Shown here in pieces: positions 12,761 through 26,558 of a DNA stretch of 64,000 nt. The translations under genes and the position numbers were made by a program. Positions within the stretch are counted from its first letter, which is position 1; every line of letters begins with the position of its first letter. The notes under the pieces are model-generated. The model was not told the DNA's origin, ran no database searches, and saw nothing but the letters and a program-made list of their open reading frames with translations. The stretch is from Haplodiscus bocki. Lineage: Eukaryota. Location: positions 91,636,001-91,700,000 of the forward strand of contig OZ296649.1 in assembly GCA_965655095.1 (NCBI GenBank), given 5' to 3'.

Positions 12761-13067
12761 CCAAAAAAGAGGAAAAGAAAATGCGAATTTTTTTGGCCTG
12801 GCCCATATAGAGCCACCACCCCGTGGAAATCCACCACATCCCAGAGCAAGAAATGGAGAAAAATAAATTCTCAAATCGAAACTCTGAAACTGTTGTACAG
12901 AACCGCTTCCCGTAATCTTTTTCAACATTGGAGTACTCTAACTGACTTGTGTTCTTCGAGCTGATTTCCATAATATAAATAAAGGGAAATAATTTTCGGC
13001 CTATTAAAACCACTTTTATATTCAGCGTTTATTATTCTATTTGTAGTTCGGCTATTTGGATAGTCAC

Positions 13068-14442
13068 CGTAAGATGTCTCCTCTGGGATTATATACTGTG
13101 ATGATTGGCTCAGAGAAACTCCCATATCAGGATCAGGATCATCCTGGGAGTGATCCTCATTCGTTTTCTGGTTTTCTCTAATTAAACTCCAAGAAGTCTC
13201 TGGAACAGGTCCGGAGTGAGCCCGAGCGTGTGAGTTCATAAGAGAATCATCTAGTCAAAATACGGCTCCCAAAACGCTACTCTCTGTCCTTCTGAGCTCC
13301 TGAGACAGTTTTGTTGTCACTCTGCCCTCAGTTTCCTCTGACACCTGAAGAACATAATCTTCCTGGATTCTAGAAGAATTTTTGTTTCGAGCCTGAAATT
13401 TCTTAGGCTGATCCTCTTGATTCTCCCTGTTCATGGCTGCTAACTTTTTTCTATTCCTCAGAGTTGCCAAAATTGGAGAATAGAAGAAGAAATCGGCAGC
13501 GTTTCAAGACTGAATTAACGATTATCATTTTTACATAATAGGAAAAATTCAATATTCAAGTTTCCAAAAACTACGCTCCGCTGTTTACGGCTTCGGTTCA
13601 ACTGTTGTGGTTTTCTTTGTTTTCATTTCTCCTAGTTATATCTCTTCCTTGGGGGGAACTATAATTGTTTTCACAACGAATCAACCTAATAATAGGGAAG
13701 ATATTTTCATCAATATGACATTAAGGTGAGAAAGCCGACTCTGGCGGAAACAAACAGCTCTTCCACCCATCTTTTTTCCTCATAGGACGCGTCCTTTGCA
13801 TGTTTCGACAAGAAAAGGACGGACCTAATCCATCAGAGTTGGATGTCAAAGTGCCTAATCCCGCATCGACATTCCATTTTACAAGTACAATTCTTTTCCT
13901 TAATTGGGAAATAAAAACATAAAGGATAAAAATTTGGAAAAATATTGAGATATGAGCAACTATAATTGAAAAATAAAAATGCAAGAAAAATAAAAACACT
14001 CATCTCTGTTCATGGAAAATTTGTCCAATACTAGTTCAATAGTCTTACTCTTCTGAAACGAGGAGAAACTAGTAGCACTACTAGTTTACTTATCATTCAG
14101 ACGAGTAGCTACTAGTATCTCCGGGGACTTTCCATATTCACTATTAGCGACAGTTAAATCAAGCAAGCTGTGCTCATAATAGGAGTGAAAAGGGATACAT
14201 TGCGTATTCAGCACAGGACTGCGGCACAGCAAAATGATAGGAATGATTGTGACGTCACCATACTAGTAGCGATTGAACACGTACGGAACAATTATTCACT
14301 CTTTTAGTATTTCACGCTTTACTGTAGTAGCATTCTTCTAAAGAACCAACAGCGTCAAATTGATAACAATTCAGCACAGCAAGTCGAATTAATTACACCC
14401 ACGCGGTGGATATATATCAAAATAAAATAATTGAATTAATAC
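13068..14442 (-). mobile_element. Solo-LTR-like repeat, copy 2 (MATLR.. ORF family)
   Basis: ORFs 13255-13470 and 12922-13239 are homologous to 15813-16259. The upstream non-coding part is homologous to copy 1. Confidence 0.7.
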
Positions 14443-15014
14443 AAAGATAGCACCTTTTATGTTCAAGAAGCTCTGTGAATGTCCGTTTGTTCCGTAACGG
14501 TTCTGTCCTAGTCTAGATCAATTCACTAGGGTGATCCGTTTATGATACGGATCAGTTGCAAAAAATTAGGATAAACATGAAACATGTTGTTTATTGTGTT
14601 TTATTTACAGTTCGTCAATTCGCTTGAAGGTTTAGGAATGTTTTTTTCTTCTGCAGCTTTCGTCCGCAGGTTTCGCTGGTATGCTGCGATAATCATCAGT
14701 TTGATACTATCCCTGAATTTAGCCCGATACTTGTTTATATAAACCAGTCTGAGAACTTCAGAGTCTATTGATGAGTGAAGGTGCGAAAAGGAACTGTATT
14801 CTTCCTTTTTACCCCTTATTTGAAGTCAGTCAGCCTTCAAGATCCCGATTTTGAATTTTTATTTGTCACAAAGACTCCATTATTGTCGCGGCACATCTGT
14901 GAGGCTTTGGGACGATTGCTCCTTGAACCAAAGGACTTACCAGGCTCGTCGGCAACAAACTAAAATTTCAAGACTGAAAACTTCATACACACATTTTACA
15001 TTATTTTCATTATT

Positions 15015-16218
15015 TGTGTATGAATGATACGTAGTAGTTACGTGTCAACCCCATGCACTTATAAGTAAATCATGGAAACGATACGTAGTGGTTACGTAAC
15101 TTTCCACAAAATTTATCCATGTAAAAAGCACGTATCCTATACGTGTATTTCCGGTGAATTAATCCAGATTGAGACGGAGCAACTACGGAACAATCGGATA
15201 ATCATTTACTTTCCCTACTGTGTTTTTATATCATTATTAGGTGCTATTTTATGAATAATTTGGTTACTTTATCCGTCATTTGTATGTTTTGAATTTTATG
15301 TATTTTACTTATTTTTGGTGCATTTTTTAAAAACTTCCCCTTATGTAAATTCCTTTTGATCTTTTGTTTATGTTATTTTTTATTGTGTCGGCGCACGAAT
15401 AACCATTTTGATGTCCATTTCTGATGAATTAGACCCGTACATTTTTATGTCGAAAGATGGAAAAGACACGGTCTATGAAAGAAGAATTAGACGGAGAGGT
15501 GTCTATTTCCAGCCAGAGTCGGCATTTTTCCTGTATAGTTATTATGAATAAAGTACTTTTTCCTATTTCTACCTTTAATTGGCGTGTAAAGAACTATGTT
15601 TCCCGCCAAAAAAGGGTATAAATAGGAGAAATGAAAGTACTATTTTTATTATATAATTTTTTAGCCTTTCGGTGTTGTACTCAATTTGACATTCTTAACT
15701 GTTTGCTTTTGTTGAAACCCTTTTCCCTCATAATAGAGGAGATCGACATTTTTATCACAAAATTAAAAAATCAATTCAGTCTTCATAACTGACAGAGCTT
15801 TTCCTCGGAATCATGGCAACATTGAGGAAAAAGAGAAAGTTAGCGGCAGTTTTGACAGAAACATCAGAAAATACAAGGAACAGTCAGTCACAAAAGACAC
15901 TTGATCCGGGGATGGCTGAAAAGTACATCGCCCAGGTTTCTGAAGAAATTGAAAGGAGGGTCACTAAAAAACTTTCCAAAGAATTTAGTCGGACGGAGTC
16001 ACGCATTTTGGGTGCTTTGTTTAAACTTGGTGAATTTCTTCTGAACCCACAAGTTCGGACTTGTTCCATAGCTGTTCCAGGAAGATCCAGGAACATCAAA
16101 TCAGAAAACCGGGAACCCACTGGGGATCGTTTCCTAGGCGATCTTTGTCCCGAAGTGGTGTTCTCTGCCTGCCATCCCAGTAATCTGAACGATTCAGAGC
16201 AGGAAGAGACACATCACA
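15015..16218 (+). mobile_element. Solo-LTR-like repeat, copy 3, with intact internal ORF
   Basis: 15385-15530 is the reverse complement of 13730-13880 and 8600-8745. Starts with TG and homology ends at ...CATCACA (16218). The 5' boundary is approximate. Confidence 0.7.
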
Positions 16219-16259
16219 ATTACCCGGACTTTATTTTAAATTCCGATTTGCTACGATAA
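15813..16259 (+). CDS. Repeat-encoded ORF MATLRKKRKLAA..., probable N-terminus of an LTR-retrotransposon Gag
   Basis: Four homologous copies in the window. The last ~13 codons are read-through into flanking DNA. Gag identity is inference. Confidence 0.45.
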   Translation: MATLRKKRKLAAVLTETSENTRNSQSQKTLDPGMAEKYIAQVSEEIERRVTKKLSKEFSRTESRILGALFKLGEFLLNPQVRTCSIAVPGRSRNIKSENREPTGDRFLGDLCPEVVFSACHPSNLNDSEQEETHHNYPDFILNSDLLR

Positions 16260-16757
16260 TATTGCGTTCCCAATTGGCCAGATTGGTAGATTTGTCACTC
16301 TAATTTCATTCCATACGAAAATGTTACGTTTCCGGGTGGCTATCAAAGTAGTCGATTCCTAATTTTGTTTGGTCCCGGAATGTGTGAAGTAATCTATCAT
16401 GTTGTCGTATATCCGACCACGAAATCATGTATCTTGTACGAGCGTATATTTGTTCCAACTAATACGTATATATTTCATGTAGTCATGTATCATGTACAGC
16501 GCACTGAGTTTTCTAAATGAGTTTGGACTTTGAGTCGGCACTGTATCAAAATCGGATTGATTCCTCCTTGAAAAGTGCTATTAAACCCTAAACCCAATCA
16601 CATGTTAGTTGCCATTACCCAGGATGATTCAGCCAGGTTTCAGTTTCAAGTAATAACCAAAAAAAGTGCTTATGCCCAGATCAAGTTTTAACTCCCAAAG
16701 TTTTTGGGTAGTACATTCACTATACATGACTAATATATAAAATCCGATAATACTGAC

Positions 16758-17302
16758 CTGAGTTTACTGAGTTTGTAAGCACACATAACAGGTCCTTCAT
16801 AAATCTCAAACCAAGATTTCTTTTTGTCACTGGGTCTCAGTGGTCCAATGCTCGCCTTTTCCGACCTAATCTTCGTAGGGTCAACGCTTTTCATCTTTCG
16901 GTTTTTCTCTGTTATATCAACAACTTTGATAGCTACTCCTTTGAACGAATTTTTGTTTTTAAGAAGTTCGCTATCGCAAATATACTTTGGCTTTTCGTTC
17001 TTCAACTTGTCATTCTCAATATGCATTGATTCGAAAATCATTTCTACTTTTTCGGGTTTCTCCATGTTGTTCGATTTTGTGCACAGATATGGGTAGCAGT
17101 TCCAAGCATGCTCAACGAACTTGAGTGAGTTCCTGCCAAAAAACTTGTGAGCAAATTTTCTCACGAAGTTGGATACGAATCGGTCACAGTGATATATTTT
17201 GTGGGTGTACTGACACTTGGCCGGCTTTTTCCCGTCTGGAAGTTTAAAGTTGGGGTCATTTCTTGACTCAACCACCTCAACTCCGCTGCCTTTCCCAGTC
17301 TC
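16758..17302 (-). CDS. Internal exon of a host phosphatidylinositol transfer protein (PITP, IP_trans family) gene
   Basis: ETGKGSGVEVV, QYTHKIYH, EHAWNCYPY, DPTKIRSEKASIGPL and PVMCAYKL match PITP signatures. Acceptor TTCACAG| at 17303 and donor |GTCAGT at 16757, with no internal stops. Other exons were not located. Confidence 0.92.
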
Positions 17303-17997
17303 CTGTGAACGTTTGACATTTGAAATTCTGCTAAAATAATGACTTTTTAAACTATGTATTGTTCAAAAACTAAAAAATGAATGTAAAAATTTGGCTTTGT
17401 ATAATAATTTTTACATTCTTTTTTTTTTAGTTTTTTGCTTGATAGCAAGTCATGTTATTTTAGATTTAAAGAACAACCTTCATTGTTCAATAAGTTATTT
17501 AGCGAAATTAGTTTTCAAGTCTGCAAAATTTTGAGAAGGTTCGTTTTCACTTCTACCTCAACTGTGTAGAAACGGATGGTTGATTTGGTCTTGATACAGT
17601 TGTGATTGGCATGTGATAACGGTGCTAGTATAGTATACAGCCTTACAAAAATCTATGCTCTACGAGCGAAAACGGTGTGCTTTCGTTCCGGTGCGACCGA
17701 AGTTCAATCTCAAAAATTTTTGCCCGAGAGCTTTTATAGTCAGATAGTTTCGTTACATTCGTGAAATGTAGTTTCGATATTAAAGCGAAAAGTGAAACGT
17801 ACACCGTATACTAACAAGACCGCCACCTGCTTTTCTCTCGGAATTGAGATATAAGTGAAGAAAAATTAAATGAACAAACGAGCACACGGTAATGACTTTA
17901 ATAAAAGAAATTTTCCAAGACAGGAAAAACTGAAGATGTCATTGTCACAGAATGCCGCCTATGACGGCTTGATCAATTCTGTCAATTACAGCGGACA

Positions 17998-18197
17998 NNN
18001 NNNNNNNNNNNNNNNNNNNNNNNNNNNNNNNNNNNNNNNNNNNNNNNNNNNNNNNNNNNNNNNNNNNNNNNNNNNNNNNNNNNNNNNNNNNNNNNNNNNN
18101 NNNNNNNNNNNNNNNNNNNNNNNNNNNNNNNNNNNNNNNNNNNNNNNNNNNNNNNNNNNNNNNNNNNNNNNNNNNNNNNNNNNNNNNNNNNNNNNNN
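17998..18197. other. Assembly gap (N run)
   Basis: 200 N bases. Confidence 1.
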
Positions 18198-21100
18198 AGA
18201 GTCTTGGATTTCGTTCTGCCCCTGATTCGTTTCGCTTGACCAAAGTTCCATTTTTGATTGCGTATTTCCAGCTTCACCGTGAAAAAACAACATCTCAATT
18301 GATTTATTCAGTTTTTGTAGTCGAAATTGAATGAAAATCTTCAATTGATTGAACGTTTGGCTGAAAATATACTGGTCAACCCCCACTTCTTAATGGATGC
18401 GCTAAATGCACTGCTTTAGAGTTAATTGCCTCATATCTCAGAATATTTGAAGAACCAATGGAAATCAATCAGCTTGTTAGAGATGAACTCATTTTAATTG
18501 TCCTACATTCTGTTTTAATTGCACGTAACTGCAAAGGAAACTTTATTTGTGAATAAACCTTTGAACGATACCCATGTTTGCGGAATACTCTAAAACAACC
18601 GGATATCACAAGACATGGTTTAAATGAAAATTGCTCAGATTTATTTTAATTTCTAATGGTACACGTCTCGGACGACTATTGGAGTAGCTGGGAGATTTTG
18701 TATCTACATACAGAAAGATATTTCCTTTTGCATCACAAGTGTTGATGCCTTAAATGCTTTAGAATCAGTTTCTTTTTTTCATTTGGTAGACGGTCAGGGA
18801 ACGCTCTCTTATAAATTGCAGTCTAAAGTTGGAAGTTCCCCAGTGTGTATTGTTTCGGAGAACACCAACAATCCCAAAGGGCATCCTGACAGTATAAAAA
18901 TTGTACACAAAAAAAGAATGGAAGGCACTTGAAAAATTGAAATTTATGATACAAAACGGCAAGCTTACTTTAGTACATGAAGATTCAATGTCTCCCAACT
19001 CCTGTAGTAATCACTCCCCAAGTTTCAAACAAGCACCGTTGTGTATAATCTAAAATGTTGAAAAGCTTTCATTTCGACAAAAATTTGTGAATTTAGTTTG
19101 CTTTTGAGCAACACAAAAAAATTATTACGCAAATTAGGCATCGTTTCAGTATTTACTAGCAAATGAAGTTTCCAGCCTTTTTTGACAGTAATATATGGTG
19201 GCGAAACTTTCCTCTTTTACAAGAAACCAAGTGAACAGTTATAATTTCATAGTTTCCTTTTATTGTTCGCTTGCGAATTTGAATTGTGCTTCGGAACAAA
19301 ATTTGAGATTATCCAGTGATCAATAATTTCCTCAATTTTGTGGGCTGTTAAAAATACATCGTTTCCGACAGCGCGGAATTGAAATCTGTTTGGTGGTGCT
19401 CATATCAAACGTGAATTATCAGGCGCGTAAATATTTACCGCACACAAGAATGAATTTTAACCAATCAAACAAGAGTTTTTTTGCGCCAGGGGTTTAAAAT
19501 TGCCGCAACTATTCGTGCTATTTTCCATCTGAAGCTCCAAGGTGCAAGCTGGAAACACTGAAAAACTAACAGAGACAGATAAGTTTCGGTGGGAAGTTCC
19601 AAGCAAACATTAGACGTTCCTTCGGCATTTTTGTGATGACTGAATGAGGACCACACTCCAGACAATAGCTGAAAGCAACATCACATCGAAAAACATCCAG
19701 TGGATATTGCAGAGAAAAACAGTCAACCACAAATGATATAAATGATACACCAAACAGTAAGAAACAAACAGAATACAACTGGACGTGACACCAACAAGTT
19801 TTTGGTTTTTCACTCCGAAGTATGAGTACTGATGCAACAGAAAATCAAGTGTAGAAGATAAATATTTACTTTGACATCAAAACATCTAAAATACGAAAAA
19901 CAATGGACGTGGTATTTTTCAGTCGCAAAACTGGAAATTAGTCGACATCCAGTTTCGGCCGATTTGAAGTCAATCTACACCTTCAATATTAAAACGTTGT
20001 ATATACACGTCTACACATCCAAATACATCTCTGTGCCCGCTCACACATGAAGTTTTGATGTAAATCCTAACAACTAGAAATGGATTACTAATGGAAACAT
20101 CAGATCAGTTCAACCCTGGAGATGCCGCGTAATATAACAGACAGAAACTCACAAAGTATAATTTTTGAGATGAATTCTGCAAAGATGTAGTTCTCAGCTT
20201 TAGCGCCAGTGTCATTGAATAGACAACCCCCTTTTGTGTTTAATGATGAAGTATTTATAGTTGTTTAATCTTCTTGCATTGACTTACTAAAACAGTCAAA
20301 TTTTTAAATTATTCTGCAATGTTTTATTTATGCAAAAATGTTAGTAATGGCTGTCAAATTTGGCGAAATTGCGTGCCAGTATTTAAAGGTTGATTGACTT
20401 AATAACACAGGAGCCAATGAGAGCTCGCCAAGGGTAAGACATGCGTTCTAACATCGGCCTTGTGACTGCACGCAAACTGCCCGATTGTGAGAGTACTAAA
20501 ATCACCATTTGAAGCAATGCCAACTGCTTGCGTAAAATTTTCTTGGAGCGTAAGGCACTCTGAAACGGCATGATTTACATTAGAATGCATGTAAACAAAA
20601 TAGCAACAATTAAAGTTGAAATTAATGCAAGTATTAACAGAGTTACAGGAAAAAACGAAAGCTTAATTTTTGCTCACGCCTTCAACACAAGAAAAGGTAG
20701 AAGAGCAGATCAAAGCAGGCCTGGGTCCTATCAGCCAACCTCACAGAATTAAAGAGACTACTTATTCGGTCGCTTACATCTTGGATGTCCGAACTAAAAT
20801 TTTCAACGTCGAGCTCCCGACTGCTCACTTTAACTCCGAGAACTTCGCAAGACAATGCTTCCCTAAAAATGGAAATAAACAATAGTGGGATCGATTATGG
20901 TTGAAGCACCGTCTCAAAATTTCGCCCAGCAGTACATAAATTGTGGTCATGAGATAAGGTTTACATAAAGCACCCGTCAAAAAGTTGTCTCGCAAACACT
21001 GCTTCAACATAACAATATAATTTTCAGCTGAATTTTGCAGAAATTGCAGAGTTCTCCAATATATGCAAACTTGCAAATATACTAGTGTATTTTGAAAAAG

Positions 21101-24069
21101 ATAATTTAAGAAAGTATTAGTCGATGATGCTAAATAGTGTCATAGTATTTTGTTATAATGATATAAAGTGAATAAAAATGTAATCTCATTTGAACTTATC
21201 AACTGCGATTAATCCGCCGGTCACGTAAGCGTGAACGTATGTTCACAAACTGAAAGAATCAAAGACGACTGACGTTCATTTCTGATCGATGTAACACTCT
21301 GAAAACTGGTACCAAAAAATACAGCAGTCTTTTATTTGTTTATGACTAGCCGTCTATTTGTTTTTTTTTTGCTTGGCATACAAAGACTCTTCTTTGAAGC
21401 CGTTCCTCTTCCAAACAATCCAATATAAAATTCAAAATCACCCGAAGGAAAAGCATGTATGTTCTTGCATGGTTCGAACTGAGAATTAACCACCCTTTCA
21501 TTTGTCTATACCTTCATTTGTGCATAACAAAATGACTATTTTCGACACTGTACACTTCAAATAAAAAACTGCAAAACGATTAAACCTTTTTGCGCATTGT
21601 CAGAAGCATTACGCGAATTATAATTGATAGAAATTAGTCCTTCTTACACCATCGACTCATATTGAACGTTTATTTCGCTTTAAATGAAGATTATTGATTG
21701 AGCGCCCGAAACAAACATCACTCAGGGGCTTTTATTACTGACGATCAAACACCTCGCTTTTCCACACCTTTGAGCTGACGTTACATTTGTTTAAATTAGA
21801 AAGTTTTATTGAGACTACCATCATCTTATCTATGACTCCTAAGAGGAATGATACATATAAAGTTAACAAGGGGTTAGACTGTTCTCGTAATTTTTGCAGT
21901 TATTTACTATAATTGAAACCCCACTACAACTATTATAATGATAAGGTTCATATTTCAACAAATTGGTTCAATAATTTGTCGCTTCGAATGATAGGCGCGC
22001 AATGAATAATCAGTGCATACGATGGATAATACGAGAGACATCAAGTATCCGGGATGAATTTCCAAAGCAAATCAGCGCTGAACAGATCTATTCTAGAGAC
22101 TTCATAATTTTCAGCGCTAATTCAGACAGGTATCAAAAATTAATTGAGTGAAAATTAATTGATGGCAGAAACTTAATATTAAAATTAACTAATCTTTGAG
22201 AACCAATCAATTGCATTTAATTGAAAACCTTCGGTCGCGCGGCCCCAATTTTGACCAATTATGGGTTAGCGCCACCATTGATAGGCGGATTGTGTTTGCT
22301 CGCTAAAAAATGTTTTGAATATTCAAATGAGCATTTGCATGCTCTATTTAGGGAAACCAGCTGCAAAACACACTATGATGAAATACTTCCATCAAGTACC
22401 AGGTACTGAAAACCCGCGGAAATGCGTGTGCGGCGAAAAATGAGGTCAAAAAGAGTTCCGGGTTCACAAGTATGTTCAATCAAAATAATTTTCAACATAC
22501 AGAGTATGCCGATACCCATCATCCAAAAATCAGCGGATAACCGGTTGTGCTAAAACTATGCTTGTCTGTTGAGCAGAGAACATTCCCTAGATTAGCCAAG
22601 TCACATCCTCTAGATATTTCGCCAGGGCAACAATGTAACTTTTCATCTGCTCGTTGACGTCCTCCTGAGTTAAGATGCGTTCTTCTGTTTTGCAATTAAC
22701 GTCATCTTCATGTTTGCTCATTGCAGGGTTGTTTCTTTAACGACTGTTTTCACTCAAGTTGGTATTCGTAGCTGTTTTGTACTTCTTCTCGTTTTTTAAA
22801 GAGCGGACTGTGTCATAACCTGGCCTACAACTTTAAAAACTTGAATTGATTTTAAGCACAACTATATGAAATTTTAATGTGTAGAACAGTGCGAGCAAAA
22901 CTGAACCTTTGTTTAAGAAAGTTGAACTATCGGAGGCATTGTCAAATGGGAGTAATGCGCGTGATATGATTTTGTTGGTCGTACAGCTAAAGTGTGTGAG
23001 AGGGAGTCAGGTTCTTCTGTAGTTAGCAATGCGAACGATTGTGCGGGTACTTCCAAAATCAACTCATTGCGCTAAAAACGCGTCAGGTCAAAGTGGACTT
23101 GCGTGGTCAGTTGACCGATGGTAAAACGCAGTTGTTACCATCGTCGAGTTGTCATTAGCTTGTTAGTTGGTGAGGTAAATATTTACACAAAGTGTGAAAG
23201 TGAATCCACCACACTTGTGGTGGAAGTACTCATGCAACATGATATTCAGACAAACTTAGCAGAATAACTACGCATAACTACAATATGGCTGATTACCCAT
23301 AGAAAAACATGAAATATCATCAAACAATTGCATGGCTTGAACAACCGACTGTCGTAACGTGTTCTACTGCTTTCAAGATGGTCATGGCTTTGCGGTATGT
23401 TAACTTCAAGTGATTTCGATTTTCATCGGAATTCACCTTTCTACTCGGTTATCATTTTTTGATGTACTAATATTGCTATTCCTTTGCTAGTTAGAGTCTT
23501 TTTCCGAAATTGGACGAAATCTGATGCATTTCAAAATTCAAAAACGATGCAGTTCATTTAAAACAGTTTTACTATTGTAGCTCAGCAGTTATGCATTTCA
23601 TTTGATATGGAATATATTTAATTTGAGATTCAATGAAACATGATATATTCTTTATTTAACTTCTCAGCCGGGTTTGTAGTTCTCATCTTCTGAATAAGAT
23701 CCGATGAAATTCAAATAGTTAATATATATTAGTGAATGTGGTTTTCATCCCTTCGATGAAAACTAATTAACTCAGAAAGCAATGCAACAGTCAATTCAGA
23801 AGGTTTCTATCACGTGGATGAAAACCAATGAAATTTTAGTCACTCTCTATTGCACTGTGAGTAGTTTACAATGATTAAATGAAAGCGGATGAACTTTGTG
23901 TTGACCATTAATTTAATCAGTTACACTGTCTTACTCTATACACTCGTTGAAGTTCCTTTTTCAACGAGAGAGTTAGCTCCATGTTGCAGAGATTAGAAAA
24001 AAAGGGATGAAAACATCGAACGTATGTTTTCCGTTGAAAATGTTTCCGGCTCGTTTTTTGTTTTGAAGT

Positions 24070-24831
24070 CATTATCTCTGAAAGAGTGCTGCTAAGAACT
24101 GAGATTTTCAGAGCTGATTAGGGTTGATTATCACTGTTTCGGAGAGAATCAGCTTCGAATCATAACCGCTCAGCACTGTTTTTCTTACCTCTGAAAGTAA
24201 GAGTTCAGAGGTGAACAGCGCTTACTAAGTGCTGATTTTCTCTGAAAGAGCTCTGATTTTTAAAAACGTAACTTAAATCGCGATGTTTTATGTTTTTTAA
24301 GGGAAATCGAGTTTCGGTGTCTGAAAAATATTTTCTTTTGGCGTATGCTAACAATTTTTTTTTCGAAAGGTAGAAAAACTTCCAAGTTTTTTCACTTGTT
24401 TGTGTGGTTGTGCCAATGAAAGCTAGATAACTTTTGCAACCGTAACAGTTATTTTACTTTGATAATATCAGCGAGTCCACAATTTTTAGTTTTGTCAAAT
24501 TCTGTCGCGTAGGAGAATTGAGCAACTAAACATTTTTTGCTCAATTCCTCTACCAAAATGGACCAAGAATCTGAATATTTGCCTCGATCAAGAAATATCC
24601 GATTTTTTTTTCGATGGAACGACAATCTAAAAATGTGAATTCGTGAAAAATTCAGCCAAAATCAAAGATGAGTCAGCGCTGACTTCTGGATCCTAAAAGT
24701 TTCCTCTTCAGCGCTGCTCAGAGTTTCAGATAACTAACAGCACTGAACCAAAATTGAATTTGCTCTGATCATCGCTGATAACTTTCGAAAATGAGCTGAT
24801 TACCACTGAATGTCTCCGAGATGTCAACCGC
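24070..24831. repeat. Decayed copy of the CAGCGCTG/TCAGAGCTGA-rich non-autonomous transposon family
   Basis: Clusters of TCAGAGCTGA and CAGCGCTG motifs and a GATGTCAACC end resembling the terminus of 52012-52473. Related fragments at ~22070, ~56207 and 63140-64000. Confidence 0.55.
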
Positions 24832-26558
24832 AATATGTTTGAATTTAATTCCTTCAAGTTTTTTTTATCCTCGTAAATTTAAGATGTCATGCCCGCATGA
24901 AGCATATATGAAAAAATTACATATCCGTAAGCTTAAGGTATGTCAAACTTTCATGAATTAAAAATGCAAATTTGTACTCCTAATTCCTTTCCCACTGGTA
25001 TAAAGGAGACTTTGTTTTATGAAAACAACCATTTGTGCTATCTAGAAAGTTTTGGTGAACGTATATCTTTACCCATTGAACAGTAAAGTGCTATACCATG
25101 TCCGTGAACGTGATATTTACCATTGAAGGCTCAAATATAAAAAACCCTGGTATGGTCCATCGTGTAGCCTAAGAGCAACTATAAGTGCCCTGTGTAGCCC
25201 TAATATAGAAAGAACCCTGAAAAAGTTGGAAAATATTTTGAATGGAGGACATCACTTCGATGTTTTGTACTCAATGTGCTGTTCTGAGCGATCAAACTCG
25301 AAGGTTTTGGAGAGAAAACTAGCACGACTGTACAAACAGCGACAAAATAGACTAATGGTTCGTCGGTTTACATCCGTTTGATGTAGACAACACACAGCGC
25401 CGTAACGGCACTTTTATTTTCATCGGTTTTCAAAGAAAGGACAAAAACCATGCTGAAAAACACTAAATGCATTCTAAAATTTAATCGGTTGCTATCCATG
25501 AGATGAAAACTACGACATGAACGCAGATGATAGGAGTGTTATCCATGATTTTTCATCAACTGCAAGGTATTTACTGAAAAAAATTCCCCACTGTTGAAAC
25601 ATCTTGACGCAAAGTAGCTGTTTTTTTAATGACCTACATCCTAATTGATCCAGCTTAGGAAAATGTGACAACTACCTACAAAATAACAACAGCAGCACAA
25701 CCACAATAATATAATCGAGCATATGAATGAACTCCGATTAAAACTATAATCACAAGAAACCAATACAGTACAAAGCTTCCAATGTTTTATAGGCAACAAA
25801 ATTTGATTTTTCGATCTATCAGTCCATGCAAACATTTAACGGTATTAGTTTCGTATTTGACAGGTAGTACGCAATTTTAAATTTAAGCAAATTTCATTGC
25901 GCTAAAGTTGTATAAACATCATGATATATTAAAGTAGCCACCACAGTTACGGTGAAAATGCGTTCACTCACTAAACCTTTATTTAGCACGGCAATAAACG
26001 AGCCATTGACACCTCGCCGATATTAACCTTTGCGTCCTACTATCGGTCACGTGACCAAGAATTCCCACCAAGACCCAACGTAAAATTAGCGCAATCAATT
26101 GGTTAGCCAGTAGCCAGAGAGTAACTAGAATCACTTCCATGAACGACAACAGTCATGAATTGACAGAAAACCGAACAGTTTGTAAATTACCTCCTGCTTC
26201 AGTTTTCAGTTCGATCTAATACTACCGAACTCACTTTTGTTATCGGACTAACTTTAGAAGCCAAAAACCACTTCTCTAAAACTCGTTTAAGTTCATCATG
26301 TTTTCGAAAAAGTTGAAATCTGCTTGCAAGCTTTTGATTTTTTCAGCAAACCCAGAAACTGTAAGAAATACGACACTGCAAGTGACACAAGCATGTGTGA
26401 AAGTAGCAGTTCTCAGGGTAGTCCACTGAGACCAACGAGAATGCATGTCCTGAACTCTGAGCATTAAGTCAAGCAGAATTTGGATGGCAGACTAAGAGCT
26501 TAATCACACCCCTCCTGAGACAACTAGAGGATTTGACCCGACTACTCATAGGAATGAC

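Noticed and set aside
17870-18386. ORFs spanning the first N gap
   Set aside because: Artefacts of translating N runs.
20383-20590. HVLPLASSHWLL suggestive of a Ulp1-like protease
   Set aside because: Single short motif. The downstream Asp and Q..CG could not be established.
22587-22721. 44-aa minus-strand coiled-coil-like ORF, possibly a retroelement Gag fragment
   Set aside because: Too short, with no diagnostic motif or second copy in the window.
26045-26056. Isolated palindrome GGTCACGTGACC upstream of Polinton B
   Set aside because: Single occurrence outside the element with no associated gene identified.
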